A DNA stretch of 64,000 bases, from the NCBI GenBank assembly GCA_963806845.1, contig CAWDZO010000021.1:136045-200044 (forward strand), written 5' to 3'. The stretch is from an uncultured Methanoregulaceae archaeon (GTDB lineage: Archaea; Halobacteriota; Methanomicrobia; Methanomicrobiales; Methanospirillaceae). The notes below the pieces were generated by a model. It was given only the letters and a program-made list of their open reading frames with translations. It was not told the DNA's origin and did not search any database. Position numbers and translations under genes: made by a program. Below are positions 37,737 through 50,761 of the stretch, piece after piece (positions within the stretch are counted from its first letter, which is position 1; the number at the start of each line of letters is the position of its first letter).

Positions 37737-39130
37737 CAGACTCCTCCGATAACCTGAACTCATCGTGAAGAACGCGTACCGCCCGGGGGCCGTCCTGCTG
37801 ATTCACCACAAATGAGATATTCGCTTCAGAGGACCCCTGCGAGATCATCATCACATTAACACCGGTTTTTCCCAGGGCTGTGAAGATTCTTCCCCCCGTG
37901 CCTGGTGCTCCAGCCATACCCGCACCGACAACTGCAACTGCACACACATCATGATTGTGGGTAACTTCACGCACGATCCCCTGCTTGACCAGATCAGCGA
38001 GCGCATGTACTGCAGCGTTGAGGTGCGCTTCATCAACAATAAGCGATATGTTTGCTTCAGAGGATCCCTGCGAGATCATCATCACGTTCACTTCATGATC
38101 CGCAAGGATGGTGAAAATTGCTTTTGCTACTCCCGGTCTCCCAATCATCTGGGCACCATTGATATTTATCGCAGCGACTTTATCGATGTAGGTCAGGGCT
38201 TTAACAACGCGGTCGTCCCGTTGCCCGTTCCGTATAATCACGGTGCCGGGATGAGAGGGATTGAAGGTATTTTTTACCCGGACAAGGATATTCTTCCGCA
38301 TTGCGGGTTCGATGGATCGCGGGTGCATCACTTTTGCACCAAAGTAGGAGAGCTCCATCACCTCGATATAGGACAGGGAGGGCATGACCCGTGCATCGTT
38401 GATTACCCTTGGATCGCAGGTCATTATACCATCCACGTCTGTCCAGATCCAAATCTCGTCCGCGTCTATGCCCGCACCGATGATCGATGCTGAGTAATCC
38501 GAGCCGCTCCTCCCAAGGGTCGTCACGATCCCGTTTCTGGTGCAGCCCATGAACCCCATAATCACAGGAATTTCTTTTTCCAGCAACGGACCAACCCTTT
38601 TTTTTATCCGTTCATCACTTTCCAGAAGTGCCGTTGATTCACCATGTTGAAGTGTCGTGAGGATGCCGGCATCGCAGCCATCCAGTACGGTTGACGGGAT
38701 ACCGCGCTGGCGGAGAAGCTGCACCAAGGATCGGGGCAAGCAACCGCTCCCCAAATGAGATGATATAGTCTTTTGAGCGGGGAGTGAGCTCCCGCAGATT
38801 ATAAACTGCAAAAAGAATGTTCTGGAGACTGATGAGCCGTTCCTCGATGACTGAGCCGGTTTCAGCAACATAATCGGGTGCAGCCCCTTCGAGGGTGGTC
38901 ATGTGCCTTTTTCCCAGTGCCTGGATGAGTGGTGCAATGGCAGTATCATCCTTCGCTGCCGGAAGTTTGCTGGTAATTTCGATGAGCTGGTCAGTCACAC
39001 CACGCTGTGCGGATACGACAACTGCCAGTTCGTCTCCGTCTTTGTGATGTTTTTCTAAAATATCCACGACGCGTCTGATACATTGTGCATCGGCGACTGA
39101 TGTCCCACCAAATTTCATTAATAATCTCAT
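37729..39130 (-). CDS. Aspartate kinase with two ACT domains (frameshift near 38720)
   Basis: MKFGGTSV, TTLGRSGSDYSA, WTDVDG, two MISQGSSE ACT repeats. Confidence 0.95.
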
Positions 39131-39191
39131 TTCGCTCTCACTTTGGCTGTGCCATTTATTTATGTAACTATACGATCCACAAAATAATAAG

Positions 39192-40822
39192 ATGCTTGCA
39201 GGGGAGGTTGTTGATTGCCATGTACTGGTGATCGGGAGCGGGGGCGCAGGTGTAAGAGCAGCCATAGAGGCATCACGGTATGGCGACACGGTGCTCATTT
39301 CAAAGACTATCGTCGGTAAAGGCGGCTGTACCACCATGGCGGAAGGAGGCTATAATGCAGTCCTCCGCGAACAGGATTCATGCGGGATTCATTTCGAGGA
39401 TACGCTCAAAGGAGGGGCGTACCTCAACGATCCCGAGTTGGTACATATTCTCGTCAGGGAAGCTCCGTTGCGGATGGGCGATCTCATAAAGTGGGGAGCG
39501 GTGTTTGATTTCACCGATACTGATGAAATCGCCCAGCGCCCCTTTGGCGGCCAGCGGTTCCCGCGAACCTGTTATGCCGGTGACCGGACCGGCCATGAGA
39601 TGATGACTACATTAGTCGAGAGGCTCGATTCATCGAACGTTACCTTACTGCAGGAATTCACTGTTATCGACCTGCTTAAAACTGGTGAAGCGGTCATCGG
39701 TGCAATGGCACTGGACGAAAAAGGCAATATCGTCTTGCTGAAGGCGGACAGCACAATCCTTGCAACCGGTGGCGGGACAAAAGTGTATGATATCTCCACA
39801 AATTCATCGAGCGGTACCGGGGACGGTTTTGCCATTGGATACCGTGCCGGTGCCGAACTGATCGATATGGAGATGGTCCAGTTTCACCCGACCGGGGCGG
39901 TGTTCCCCTACGATGCACGGGGGAGGCTCGTGACCGAAGCGGTGCGAGGTGAAGGAGGTGTCCTGCTCAATAACATCGGAGAGCGGTTCATGAAACAGTA
40001 CGATCCCGAACGGATGGAGCTCTCCACCCGGGATGTTGTTGCACGTGCGATCGCAACGGAAATACAGGCAGGGCGGGGAACAAAGAACGGCGGGGTATAT
40101 CTTGATGTTACCCATCTTCCCCGCGAGCAGATAGAGACCCGGCTCCCGGTCATGCTCGAACAATTCCTGAAATTCGGTGTTGACATACGGGAAAAACCTA
40201 TGGAAGTCGCTCCAACAGCTCACCACATCATGGGAGGTCTTCGGATAACACCGGAATGCCGGACAACACTTCCCGGGTTATTTGCCTGCGGTGAAGTCGC
40301 CGGGGGCGTGCACGGGGCAAACCGCCTGGGGGGAAATGCCCTTGCTGATACACAGGTCTTCGGGAAACGGGCGGGCGAATTTGCAGGTAAAACCGAAAAA
40401 CGAATAAAAAAAGTGAATGAAGAACAGGTAAGACAGCAGCAGGATCTTCTTGATGCATTCCTTGCGGGAAGCAGAGAATCCGGCACAGGTCCGGACACAT
40501 CTCCAGCAGGCAATGTGGCAGGGTGCGGGGATCTTCCGGAACGCAACAGATCTCAATAAAACACTGGAGACTATCAATAACCTGTCGCATGCGAATATCC
40601 GGGCTGAATCTCTCAGAAACCTTGCAGAATGCAGCATCATCCAGAACATGTGCCTGACCGCTTCGCTTATCTGCCGGAGTGCGCTGATCAGGAAGGAGTC
40701 ACGGGGGGCACATGTCCGGATGGATGTGAAACAGACACACGATGCCCGAACACTCACCTTTTGGCCATACGTACCTCTCGCAATTTCACGAAGGTATCGA
40801 ACAGAACGGGGCGGGTATATGA
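39192..40822 (+). CDS. tfrA: Thiol:fumarate reductase (CoM/CoB) flavoprotein subunit (frameshift near 40470)
   Basis: GSGGAG, GCTTMAEGG (no covalent-FAD His), QFHPTG, TEAVRGEG, HGANRLGGN, ESRGAH; followed by TfrB. Confidence 0.9.
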
Positions 40823-42288
40823 AGACACTTACCGTCCGGGTTCGCCGTTTTGACCCGGAGAAGGACAAGGAGTCGCACTTCGAGACCTATACGGTGAATG
40901 TCAATGAAGGTGCACGTGTACTTCATGTTCTCCATGCCATTCACGATGAGCTGGATCCGACACTCTCGTTCAGGCATATCCTGCGCATCGGGCCAATGCG
41001 GGAGCTGTGCAGTCCGTGTCAATGGCGAACCGGTGCTTGCCTGCATGGAAGAGGCTCAAAATAACATCACCATCGAACCCCTGAACCTTTCGGTGAAAAA
41101 GGATCTTGTTGTTGATCTCCTGCCAACGCTTGAAACGATTGCGTCCCTGAAACCGTCAGATACACTGAAAATGCCAACACAATCCGATATCGATGCGATA
41201 AAACCGCTTCGGGATTGTATCGAGTGCCTCTGCTGCGTGTCGGTCTGTCCTGCAATGGATGTGACAAAGTTCCTCGGACCCACGGCCATGCGGCAGGAAA
41301 TGCGGCTCGCGCTTGATCCTCGTGACAGCGGGGACCGGGTAGTCGATGCTGTGAAGGATGGACTGTTCACCTGCACCAGCTGCCAGGCCTGCTGGAAGGT
41401 ATGCCCAAAAGAGATTGAGATTCCGTCAAAAGCAATCGAAAAACTCCGGGCGCTGGCAAACAAGCGTGGATTTACCCTGCCACGGCACCAGGAAGTAGCA
41501 GCACTTGTGAAAGAGACAGGCCGTTCCGTTACCCGGATCGAACCGACCTTTATGGAACTCGTAAATGCGGAAGTGATCGAGCCGACAGGTCCTGTGAAAG
41601 CAACGGTCGGTTTCTTTGTCGGTTGTATGTACAACATGCGCCTGCCCAAAGCAGCACTGGATGCAATCGAAGTTCTGAAACGAAACGGTATCCGGGTCAT
41701 CATTCCCAAAGAACAGGTCTGCTGCGGTTCGCCGCTCATCCGTACTGGTCAGCTGGCCTTTCTCGATACACTCAAGAAACGCAATATCGATGCGTTCCGG
41801 TTCCGTAATCTCGATACGGTCATGACCATGTGCGCCGGTTGCGGTTCCACTCTGAAAAATGATTACAAAACACCCTTTGTCGTGATGGATATCAATGAAG
41901 TGCTCACAAAATACGGGATTGAACCTCCGGCACGCCTGCCTGTCAAGGCAACCTATCACGATCCCTGCCACCTCCTTCGCGGGCAGGGTATTCGCGAACA
42001 ACCCCGTCAGCTGATCCGGCAGGTGGTGGATCTTGTCGAGATGCCTTCTATCTGTTGCGGTTCCGGAGGAGGGGTGAAATCCGGAATCCGGAGGAGGCAG
42101 CAGCGCTGGGTAAACGAAGGGGCGAGGAGATAAAAAAGAGCGGGGCAGATATCGTGATATCATCCTGCCCGTTCTGTGAGTTCCATATCGCCGGGCATAC
42201 GGATAAACCCGTCAAGAATATCGCCACTGTGCTGCTCGAAGGGTATAAGGAAAAAGACCGGAAAAAGGGTATTCTGACAGTAACCTGA
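40819..42288 (+). CDS. tfrB: Thiol:fumarate reductase (CoM/CoB) Fe-S subunit (frameshifted)
   Basis: [2Fe-2S] CASGQCGSC, two [4Fe-4S] motifs and HdrD-like CCG domains (VCCGS, YHDPCHL, CCGSGGG). Confidence 0.9.
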
Positions 42289-42371
42289 GAGAATTGAAAG
42301 GACGACGAAGACATTTTTCAATGCTTTTTTTCCTTTTTTAAAATGAAAAACACGAAATGATGTAGATTTTT

Positions 42372-43531
42372 TCACCGGGATGCTGATTTCAGCAGATACT
42401 CAAGGGCTTCAAGCGCTGCCTTTGCCCCGTCTCCGGAAGCAATGATGATCTGTTTGCTTTTCACCGAAGTGACATCTCCTGCTGCAAAAACGCCGGCCAT
42501 GCTGGTGTGGCAGTTTATATCTACAATGATCTCCTTCTTCTCATTCAGCGCAACAAAGCCATCAACAATATCAGTATTGGGCAGCCAGCCGATCTCAATA
42601 AAAACCCCGTCGAGATCGATTTTCTGCTCTTCACCCGGCTCATTCTTGATCGTGATTGCCGAGAGGAACTTATCACCGTGCAGGGCAGAGACATGCGTGT
42701 TTAAATGAACCGTGATGTTCTTTTTTTCTTCGAGCATTCTCGACATAGACAGGATCTGCCCGTATCGTGCTTCGCACAATCAGGTCTGACCGATTGGGCG
42801 ATTTCGCTCATCTCGACAGCAGTCTGGAGCGCAGAATTGCCCCCGCCAACTACGGCAACCTGTTTTCCCTTATAGAGCGGTCCATCACAGGTAGAGCAGA
42901 TGGAGAGCCCGCGCCCGAGATACTGTTCTTCGTTTGCCACACCCAGTTTTTTCGGCCGGTTGCCCTGCGTGAGGATCACGGCTTTTGCCTTTAACGTATT
43001 TTCTGAAATTGTCCGAAGGGTAAAAAGGCCGTCTTCTTTTGAGATGCTGACAACCCTGTCGAGTTCAAGCCGGATATTGAGCGTCCTGACCTGCTCTTCA
43101 AATTTTTTCATCAGATCTTCACCGGTAATCATCCGGTAACCCATGTAGTTTTCGATCGCCCATGATTCCAGCGCCTGTCCACCAATATTTTCACTGATGA
43201 TGATCGTATTCAGCATTTTTCTGGCGCAGTAGACACCTGCGGTGAGTCCTGCCGGACCAGCACCGACAATCACCACATCGTAACTTCACCGGTTGCGGGT
43301 TCTCCAAAGAGTTCATTGAGGCTCTGCTGAATCAAAACCGACAATCACCTCATCATCAACCACAATTACCGGCACACCGCGCTGACCGGAGAGATCGATC
43401 ATCTTTTTTGCAGCCTCGGTATCTTCACCAACATCAATACTCTCGTACGGAACACCATGTTTTTCGAGAAATGCCTTTGCCATCCGGCAATAGGGGCAGT
43501 TTTGCGTGGAATAGACGGTGACTTTTGTCAT
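42372..43531 (-). CDS. Glutaredoxin/NrdH-thioredoxin reductase fusion (frameshifted)
   Basis: CPYC...GVPVI redoxin continues via LNELFGEPATGE into DVVIVGAGPAG, CSTCDG, GGGNSA and FAAGD; no separate start or intergenic gap. Confidence 0.8.
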
Positions 43532-43649
43532 CATTTCGAAAATGGTGCTGGCGTCATATAAATATATTGATACGCGAAAAGCAAGATTTTTACCAATATC
43601 ATAGCAATATTCTTTTTCGATGAGCCCCATAAACCTTTGATAGGATACC

Positions 43650-45006
43650 ATGAGCGACTATGTGGAGCAGAAGGGGACTGATAAAATACGGCACTTTTTT
43701 GTCTTGTTCCTTCTGCTGATGGCAGGGGCATGTGCCTACACGGACAGACTCTTACTCCGCACCAGATCCTTCGTTGTATTTCAATTTCAATGAGGGCAGC
43801 GGCAATTATGTTCTCGATGGTTCAGGAAATGGGAATGGCGGGAACCCTGCATAGCGTATCACGGATTGAAAATGGCGGGTGCGGGCGGGCCATCTTTTTT
43901 AACGGGATTAACAGTTACGTCGAAATTCCGTATCAGCTCCCGGAACCACCCGGAAAAGGAAATTACCGTTTCAACATGGTTTTATACCGACTCTTTTCGA
44001 ACCCACAGACATTAATCTCATCCTATGAGGATGGGGGATACCGGCTGGGCATTTGAGATGGGAACGATCTCTGGTGGACAATAAATCTCGAAGGCTACGG
44101 GGAGTCTGGATATCCCTGTTCAGCACGAGGGCATCTCCTTGAACCAGTGGCACCAGGTCACGGGAACGTATGACGGGCAGAACTCGAAGATCTATCTCGA
44201 TGGTGTGCTGAGAAACCAGCAGAATGCATCGGGTTCGATCCATTACCAGTATCACCAATTACGTGATACTCGGTGCAAATGCAGGAACCGGGGATAACCT
44301 GCCGGATCAGAATGCTCGCAGTATTTCCAAGGGGGGCTTGATGAAGTGAGGATTTACCCCGTGGCATTGACCTATGGTCAGGTGATGGATGACAGGTTCC
44401 GCTGCTCGCAGGAACCTGTCGCTCCTTCAAAGGATTTTGTGGTACAGACTGCAGCCTTCTGTCTTCCTGTATCCGTTGCATCGGGTTCAGTCATACTCGG
44501 TCGAAACGAATCGACTTCCGGATCCTTTCCTTTTCAAACCAGACTGAGAACGGTATCTGGAATGTTACGCTGCCAGCGGGTTCAAAACTTGTCGTGAGGG
44601 CCAGGGATCTCTATTCAAAAGCATACCCGGATGCATGGTATATTGAGATTGCGATGAACACGGGAGGATAACCCGGATCCATCGCATTCCCCAACACCAA
44701 CAACGCCCCGGCAGAAGGAGTGGTTCCCTCCGGGAATGCCACAGTTACGCATCCAATATTTTGACGGTAAAGAGAGGTTTCCCGCCAAGGTTGCCGTCCA
44801 GTTTGAGAGTATCGCACCCCCGCCCGCCCCCGCCATTTATTCCGCAGAACGTGTTTGCAAACCCGATCATCATCATCTACTCTGCATCATGGGCCACCCT
44901 GATTGCCCTGATCCTTGTCGTGGTGTGGCTGCACCGGCGCAAAAAAGAGCGGAGAAAAGAGAAAGATAATGAAAATGGGAAAGACGAGGAAAAAATTATA
45001 GAGTGA
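43650..45006 (+). CDS. LamG-like jellyroll domain membrane-anchored protein (heavily frameshifted)
   Basis: Signal peptide; F.FNEGSG, FNG.NSYVEIP, W..VTGTYDG, YF.GGLDEVRIY; C-terminal TM plus basic tail. Confidence 0.7.
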
Positions 45007-45500
45007 TTTCCCGGAACTGTTTCCCGAAAACACCGCAGATCGGACACTTGTCGGGGACTTTGCCGATCTCGATGTTCCCGCAGACCGGGCAGAGGAAAAT
45101 TTTTTCCCGCCCAAGATCATTTCCTGCCTTTACCGCATCGAGTGCTTTCTTGTACAGGGTTGCATGCACCTGCTCGGCTTTCATCGCATGGGTGAAACGC
45201 AAGCACTGCATCACTTCTTCCTTCTGCTTCTGCCAGTCTTGACAAATTCCGGGTACATGTGGGTGAACTCATGCGTCTCACCGGCAATGCTGGCTTCAAG
45301 GTTCTTTGCAGTCGGTTCGATTGCCGCCAGCACTTTTAAGAGTTTTTTTGCATGAATTGCTTCTGCTTCAGAGGCTGCTTTGTAGAGGGTTGCAATGTTT
45401 TTGAACCCTTCTCAGCAGCTTTTTCAGAAAACGCCAGATATTTCCGGTTTGCCTGGGATTCACCGGCAAATGCCTCTTTTGCATTCTCAATGGTTGCCAT
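44996..45500 (-). CDS. Rubrerythrin (frameshifted)
   Basis: AFAGESQANRKY, EAIHA, GETHE..MYP, EQVH, C-terminal CPVCG/CPICG. Confidence 0.93.
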
Positions 45501-45698
45501 GAGGATAGGGTATGCAGAGAATCTGACTTAAAGATTCTTCATGGGGCAGAAATATATCCTTTAATATTTGAATTGCCAGGGATAGGGATTTTTTCTTGTT
45601 AAAATTAAAATTTTCGTATTCAAACAAGAAATTATGATTTTTTTAATTAGAAAAGTTTATATATTTTTATTAATAATATTTTTGACTGGTATCTGAAT

Positions 45699-48600
45699 AT
45701 GAGAGTAAAACCTGGCATTTTACTAATCATGGGTTTGCTGTTCCTGGCAGGAACCGTTGCGGCGGTCGGGATTCCGGATACCCTGACTGTCACCACGGAC
45801 AAACCCTGGATCATAGCTAATAATCTTGATCAAGTCCACCATCACCGTAAAAGTAACGAATACAACCTCGGATCCTGGTCCTGTACAAGGAGTAATCGTA
45901 AACCTTGAAGTTGATCCGTTATATGGAAACATAAGTCCCACACAAGTCACCACAAATATTTCGGGAATGGCGTCAAGCACCTTCAAAGTGAGCACCAGGA
46001 GTGGGGCAGCACAAATAAATGCATCCATACCCGCGGGGGTTTCTGGTTCAACAATGCAGAATATAGATCATAACAGTGCCTATTTTGCAGATTTTACCCA
46101 TCCGATGAATGGGACCGTTGCATCCGAAGTTCCATTTAATGTATCACTTACCGATCAATACCGGAATCCTGTGGATAATCGAAGAGGGAACCATATAGTA
46201 AATCTCCACGTTCATGGTCCTTTCCCGGATGACTGCGGTTTTGCTGAAGCCGGCTATGCACATGATATTTCACCCATACTGGATGCAAACGGAAACACCA
46301 CAGTAAATGTCAAATTAACCTCCCGCGTAGGTGACAACAACATTGCAATGGACGCATATGAGAGTATCCCGAACCAACTTGCATGGATCTCTGCCGAGGC
46401 AATTGGCAAACCGTTTTCGATGACTCAGGTTTATTCACCTTCGGGATCTCCACCGACGCTTCCCGCGGACGGGGTGAGTTATTTCACGATAATTTATAAT
46501 TTGTTTGATGAATACGGGAATCCAACGAACAAACAATTTATCTGGGTAAATACCTCCATTCCCGGGGAGGAAAGACAGTTCCTGTCAAACAATCTGGGTC
46601 AGGTAACAGTACAGTATGGTCCCCGATCATCTATAGGTCAAATTGATATCATTGCAACAGCTGTGGGTAATACCTCAGTAAACTGTAGTCAAACGGTAAT
46701 ATTCAAGAACACGGGTGCGGAGATCATATCCCTTACCGCGAATCCTGATACTATGCCAAGCCAGGATGCAAATCCTTTCTTTTTATCTGATGTTATCGCA
46801 ACGGTTGCGGATATCTCGGGAAATGCAGTTCCCGGAGAGACGGTAAACTTCACTATAGAGGATATTACCTATAATTCCTATAATCTGACAGCAAACCCGC
46901 TCCTGTTGACTACCACCGCTGTAACCGATGAATATGGACAAGCTGTGGTTCAATTCAGACCCGGGAACTTTACAACGGTAGGCAATCCCGGTTACAATGC
47001 AACGGCAACAGGACAGTGTAAGGTGAATGCAACCTGGAGAAATTCGACAAAAATCGTTCCCCTGACCTGGAAGAATTATCCTTACCTGAGTGCGTCAACC
47101 AGGGTGACTCCTCTGACCGTTGAGATTAACAAGACGATTGATGTTACGATTGAGTTCAGAGGTGACGGGTGGGCTTTGCAGCCTACACCAATCGATGTTG
47201 TGATGTGCACAGACCGGTCAGGAAGTATGCTCTATAACGGAACTGATGGCATCATCGATGACCGGATGGTCCATGCAATGAGGGCGGGCAGGATTTTTAA
47301 TGCGAACATGGGTTCAAATGACCGGGTCGGGCTCGTATCGTTCGGAGATAATAGTGCCACCAGTGGATGGGCTGAACTGAGACAGGGTTTTTCGCACCAA
47401 TATAGTGGTGCCCAGTGGGTCAGCAAAGATAATACATGGACCGGAGATAACGCCTACATTACATCAAATTATCCGGGAAATCCGAAGAATTACGGAACAA
47501 CCCAGTATGCCAGTATTGACCAGAACTTAAGTTATACAAAATCAATGGTGAATACATCAATTTCAAACATGGTTCCAGCAGGAGGAACACCCATGCGGGA
47601 GGGGTTATACCGCTCAGTAAAGATGCTGGAAGATGATCCTCGATCAACTGCCATAAGCGCTGTCGTACTTATTAACTGACGGGGCATGGAACACCGGAGG
47701 AAATCCGCAAGGCGGTGCAGGCGCAACCTCGTTCGGTGTGGTTGGAACGGGGAGTGTCATTACCTGGGCAAAAAATAATAATATACGGATATATACCATC
47801 CGTCTCGGAACTGAGGCGTCGCAAACCGAACTGAAGGCATATGCGAATGAGACCGGGGGTAAGTATTTTAACGCACCCACTGCGGATCAGCTGGATGACA
47901 TATACAGAGCTATCGCCGGAGATCTGAAAGACACCGCCGGGGTAAACACCACCATGATGGCGGATTTCGAGAACGTTAATGTCACCGGAGTATCTATGCC
48001 CGGTAATCTGGTATACAACTATGTATACCATCCAACCGATTCGACAAAGATCAATTGGCAGGATGGAACAACGAATGTCACCAACCAATCCGCTGACTGG
48101 GCTGCCGATAATAAACTGGACTTCTCTATCGGAACCATAAAAGTAGGTCAAGTATGGAATGCTACCTTTCGGCTCAGAGTCAACCAGAGTGGAATGATTG
48201 ATGTTTTTGGTAACAATTCCACAGTATCCTTTAACGGGGGTCTGGAAAAACTGACGCTCCCTCAGACATTCATCACAGTAATACCCAACCTCACGGTCAC
48301 TGAAATTACCACGAAAACGATAACGCTCGATAATCTGACGTGTACCGAAGCCGGAGAGATCAAGGCTCTCTTTCCGGTAAAATGGAACACAAACTATACA
48401 GGAAATAAAACCCTCACGGAAAAGGTCTATTATCGCATTGATACAGGACCCTGGGTTCAATTCGACACAAAAACACATCCGTATGATCCCCTTACCATGG
48501 AATATGTGGATTATGCACAACTCGTTGTAACAAAACTCCCACCGGGAGATTTCAAGATTCAGGTACGTGCAACTGCCTCCGATGCACCCGATGCTGTGGC

Positions 48601-48748
48601 TGAAACCGGCGTGAGGGAGGTAGGTGGACGAGGGAAAACGTTTATTAAACTTGAAGCTCCCCCGTTCGAGAATTTTGAACAAATCCTTGACAATACTCAG
48701 TTCTTCAATCAAAATCCGTGGGGAATTGTGCATAGCTGGAGCGGTTAA
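45699..48748 (+). CDS. Secreted Ig-like (invasin/Big-type) repeat + vWA domain surface protein (two frameshifts)
   Basis: Signal peptide; repeated L.D.YGNP/T...G Ig motifs; MIDAS DRSGS, GGTPM, TDG, IYTI.LG, TGGKYF. Confidence 0.8.
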
Positions 48749-48971
48749 TAAATAAACCTCTCTATTAACCCCCCGTGGGATTTTGCCACAATAATTCATT
48801 GGGAATTATTTCAGGAAATCTTCCGAAATATACCCACGAATACTACTGAACCTGACGAACGAACAGACATCGTTGGATTACTCAGGAAAACCGTGATGCA
48901 ACTCCAGTCGAAGTAATCCGAACCGAAAAAAATCTTTATAATTTTATTTTTTTTGTTTCCAGGATGCTATT

Positions 48972-49637
48972 ATGAAAACGATGAAAGATATTTCTCCCAA
49001 CGACAGGCCACGAGAGAAGATCGCAAAAAAAGGCGCCTCTGCCCTGTCAGACACTGAACTGATCGAGGCTATCATTGGGCGGGGTACAAGAAACAAAGAT
49101 GTCCGCATGCTTGCCAAAGAAATCTGCGGGCTTATCGAGATACATAGGGAAAAAATCAGGTATGATGATCTGGCAGCTATACAGGGAATCGGACCTACCA
49201 AAGCTTCGCAGATCACGGCATGCTTTGAACTCTCGCGGAGATATTCCCCCAATGGAGGAACGAATACGCATGTGACAAAACCCGAAGATATCCTCCCCCA
49301 TGTTGCTTATTTAAAAGAAAAACGGCAGGAGCATTTCATCTGTATCACCCTCAATGGCGCCGGCGAAGTTCTCGGCAACAGAACGATAACCCTGGGTCTG
49401 CTCAACCACAGTCTTGTCCATCCGCGGGAGGTGTTTGCCGATGCAATCACGGACAGGGCTGCATCTATCATCTGCGTTCACAATCACCCTTCGGGTTCCC
49501 TTGATCCCAGCCCACAGGACATTGCGATCACAACTCAGCTGAAAGAAGCGGGAGTGCTTCTCGGCATCCAGCTAATCGACCATATCATTGTCACAAAAAA
49601 TGGACATCTCAGCCTGCGGGAGCGGGGTTTACTCTAA
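48972..49637 (+). CDS. radC: RadC family protein (HhH + JAB domain)
   Basis: RPREK...LSD.ELI, GIGPTKA, VHPREVF, HNHPSG..PS..D, DHII. Confidence 0.93.
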   Translation: MKTMKDISPNDRPREKIAKKGASALSDTELIEAIIGRGTRNKDVRMLAKEICGLIEIHREKIRYDDLAAIQGIGPTKASQITACFELSRRYSPNGGTNTHVTKPEDILPHVAYLKEKRQEHFICITLNGAGEVLGNRTITLGLLNHSLVHPREVFADAITDRAASIICVHNHPSGSLDPSPQDIAITTQLKEAGVLLGIQLIDHIIVTKNGHLSLRERGLL

Positions 49638-49900
49638 CGGTAAAAATAGCAAATTGAGTTGGAAAGCATCCTTATGGTCAAATCATTATCAGCAATCAAT
49701 CGCATCATCATTCGAAGTTTTTTCATACCACAGAAAATGGGATGAAGCATTTTTTTAATCTTAAAACATTCCATGGTGCACTCATTTATACGCTGCTCAT
49801 CGTTATAAGGAGAGAAATTACATTCAGATGTATTATTTTTGCCCTTGATCGGTTTCTTAAAAAAATTATCTAACATAATAGATGCATTATGAGCTTTCAG

Positions 49901-49922
49901 GCGAGCCAAATATTTATATAAC
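49901..49922 (+). promoter_or_regulatory. Putative archaeal BRE/TATA promoter of the tasA-like operon
   Basis: GCGAGCCAAA-TATTTATATA about 80 nt upstream of the ORF start. Confidence 0.5.
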
Positions 49923-49996
49923 GTAACCACAAAGTGGTAAATATCCTTTTTACAGGAAAAATGCATTCAATTCCATTTCATAAATCTGACTAAAAT

Positions 49997-50701
49997 ATGG
50001 TGATTAAATTGAGAAAAAAAGAGATGAGTACGAAAAAAGTTCTCTTAATCAGCATCATGCTGATAGCGCTGACCGCACTCCTGACAGGTGTCGGGACAAT
50101 GGCATATTTCAGTTCAACTCAAACGAGTGGTCCCAATCTGCTCAGTACAGGAAGCATTACGATTAACGTTAATGGTCAGGATCCCTGGACCGGCACCTTC
50201 AACGCAACGCTTGCAGATGTGAAACCCGGTTTAAAGCGTTGGGGAAACGTTACCGTGCAGAACACCGGGCAGAATCAGGCAGATCTCTGGTTGAATACTA
50301 TTAATGTTGTCACGGACAACGGATCAAATACCTCCGCAGAGATTTTAGAACCCTACGCCTTTGATATCGACGGGGTAATCCGTTATGATTTGTATAATAA
50401 CACCGGTTCGGGCCTTCAGCCAATAATCACGGACTCTAACGATTACACGATCAGCACGGGAACTCATAATTTAACCGGATCTCTTCAAACCACTGCGATG
50501 AAAGATCAATGGATTTACCTGGGTAACATTCCCTCCGGGGCAACATGGCAGATTAACCAGAGTTATATGATGGACCGTAACGTCACCAACTGGGCGCAGA
50601 CGGATAATATGACATTCAACGTCGTATTTTATGCCCAACAGAGCCAGGGTACCCCACTACCGGCAGCCCCATCACCAGAACTCCCGGGACACGGAAGATA
50701 A
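49997..50701 (+). CDS. TasA/camelysin-family pilin with SipW-type signal peptide
   Basis: GVGTMA|YFSS cleavage signature, TGSITINV, VKPG, VQNTG, and C-terminal NWAQTDNMTFNVVFYAQQ; directly followed by a SipW-type peptidase. Confidence 0.85.
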   Translation: MVIKLRKKEMSTKKVLLISIMLIALTALLTGVGTMAYFSSTQTSGPNLLSTGSITINVNGQDPWTGTFNATLADVKPGLKRWGNVTVQNTGQNQADLWLNTINVVTDNGSNTSAEILEPYAFDIDGVIRYDLYNNTGSGLQPIITDSNDYTISTGTHNLTGSLQTTAMKDQWIYLGNIPSGATWQINQSYMMDRNVTNWAQTDNMTFNVVFYAQQSQGTPLPAAPSPELPGHGR

Positions 50702-50761
50702 CCCGGATTGTGCAGGTAATTTTCCTGCATAGTAACATTTAAGGTGACGTGGTAACAGGAG

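Noticed and set aside
48872-48924. Imperfect inverted repeat GTTGGATTACT...AGTAATCCGAAC upstream of radC as an integron attC site
   Set aside because: Single copy, core sites in the wrong order for attC, and no integrase; at most a local hairpin.
49634-49966. 110-aa minus-strand ORF between radC and tasA (also 25701-26039 and ORFs at 61584-62476)
   Set aside because: AT-rich intergenic or promoter sequence, no motifs, atypical composition.
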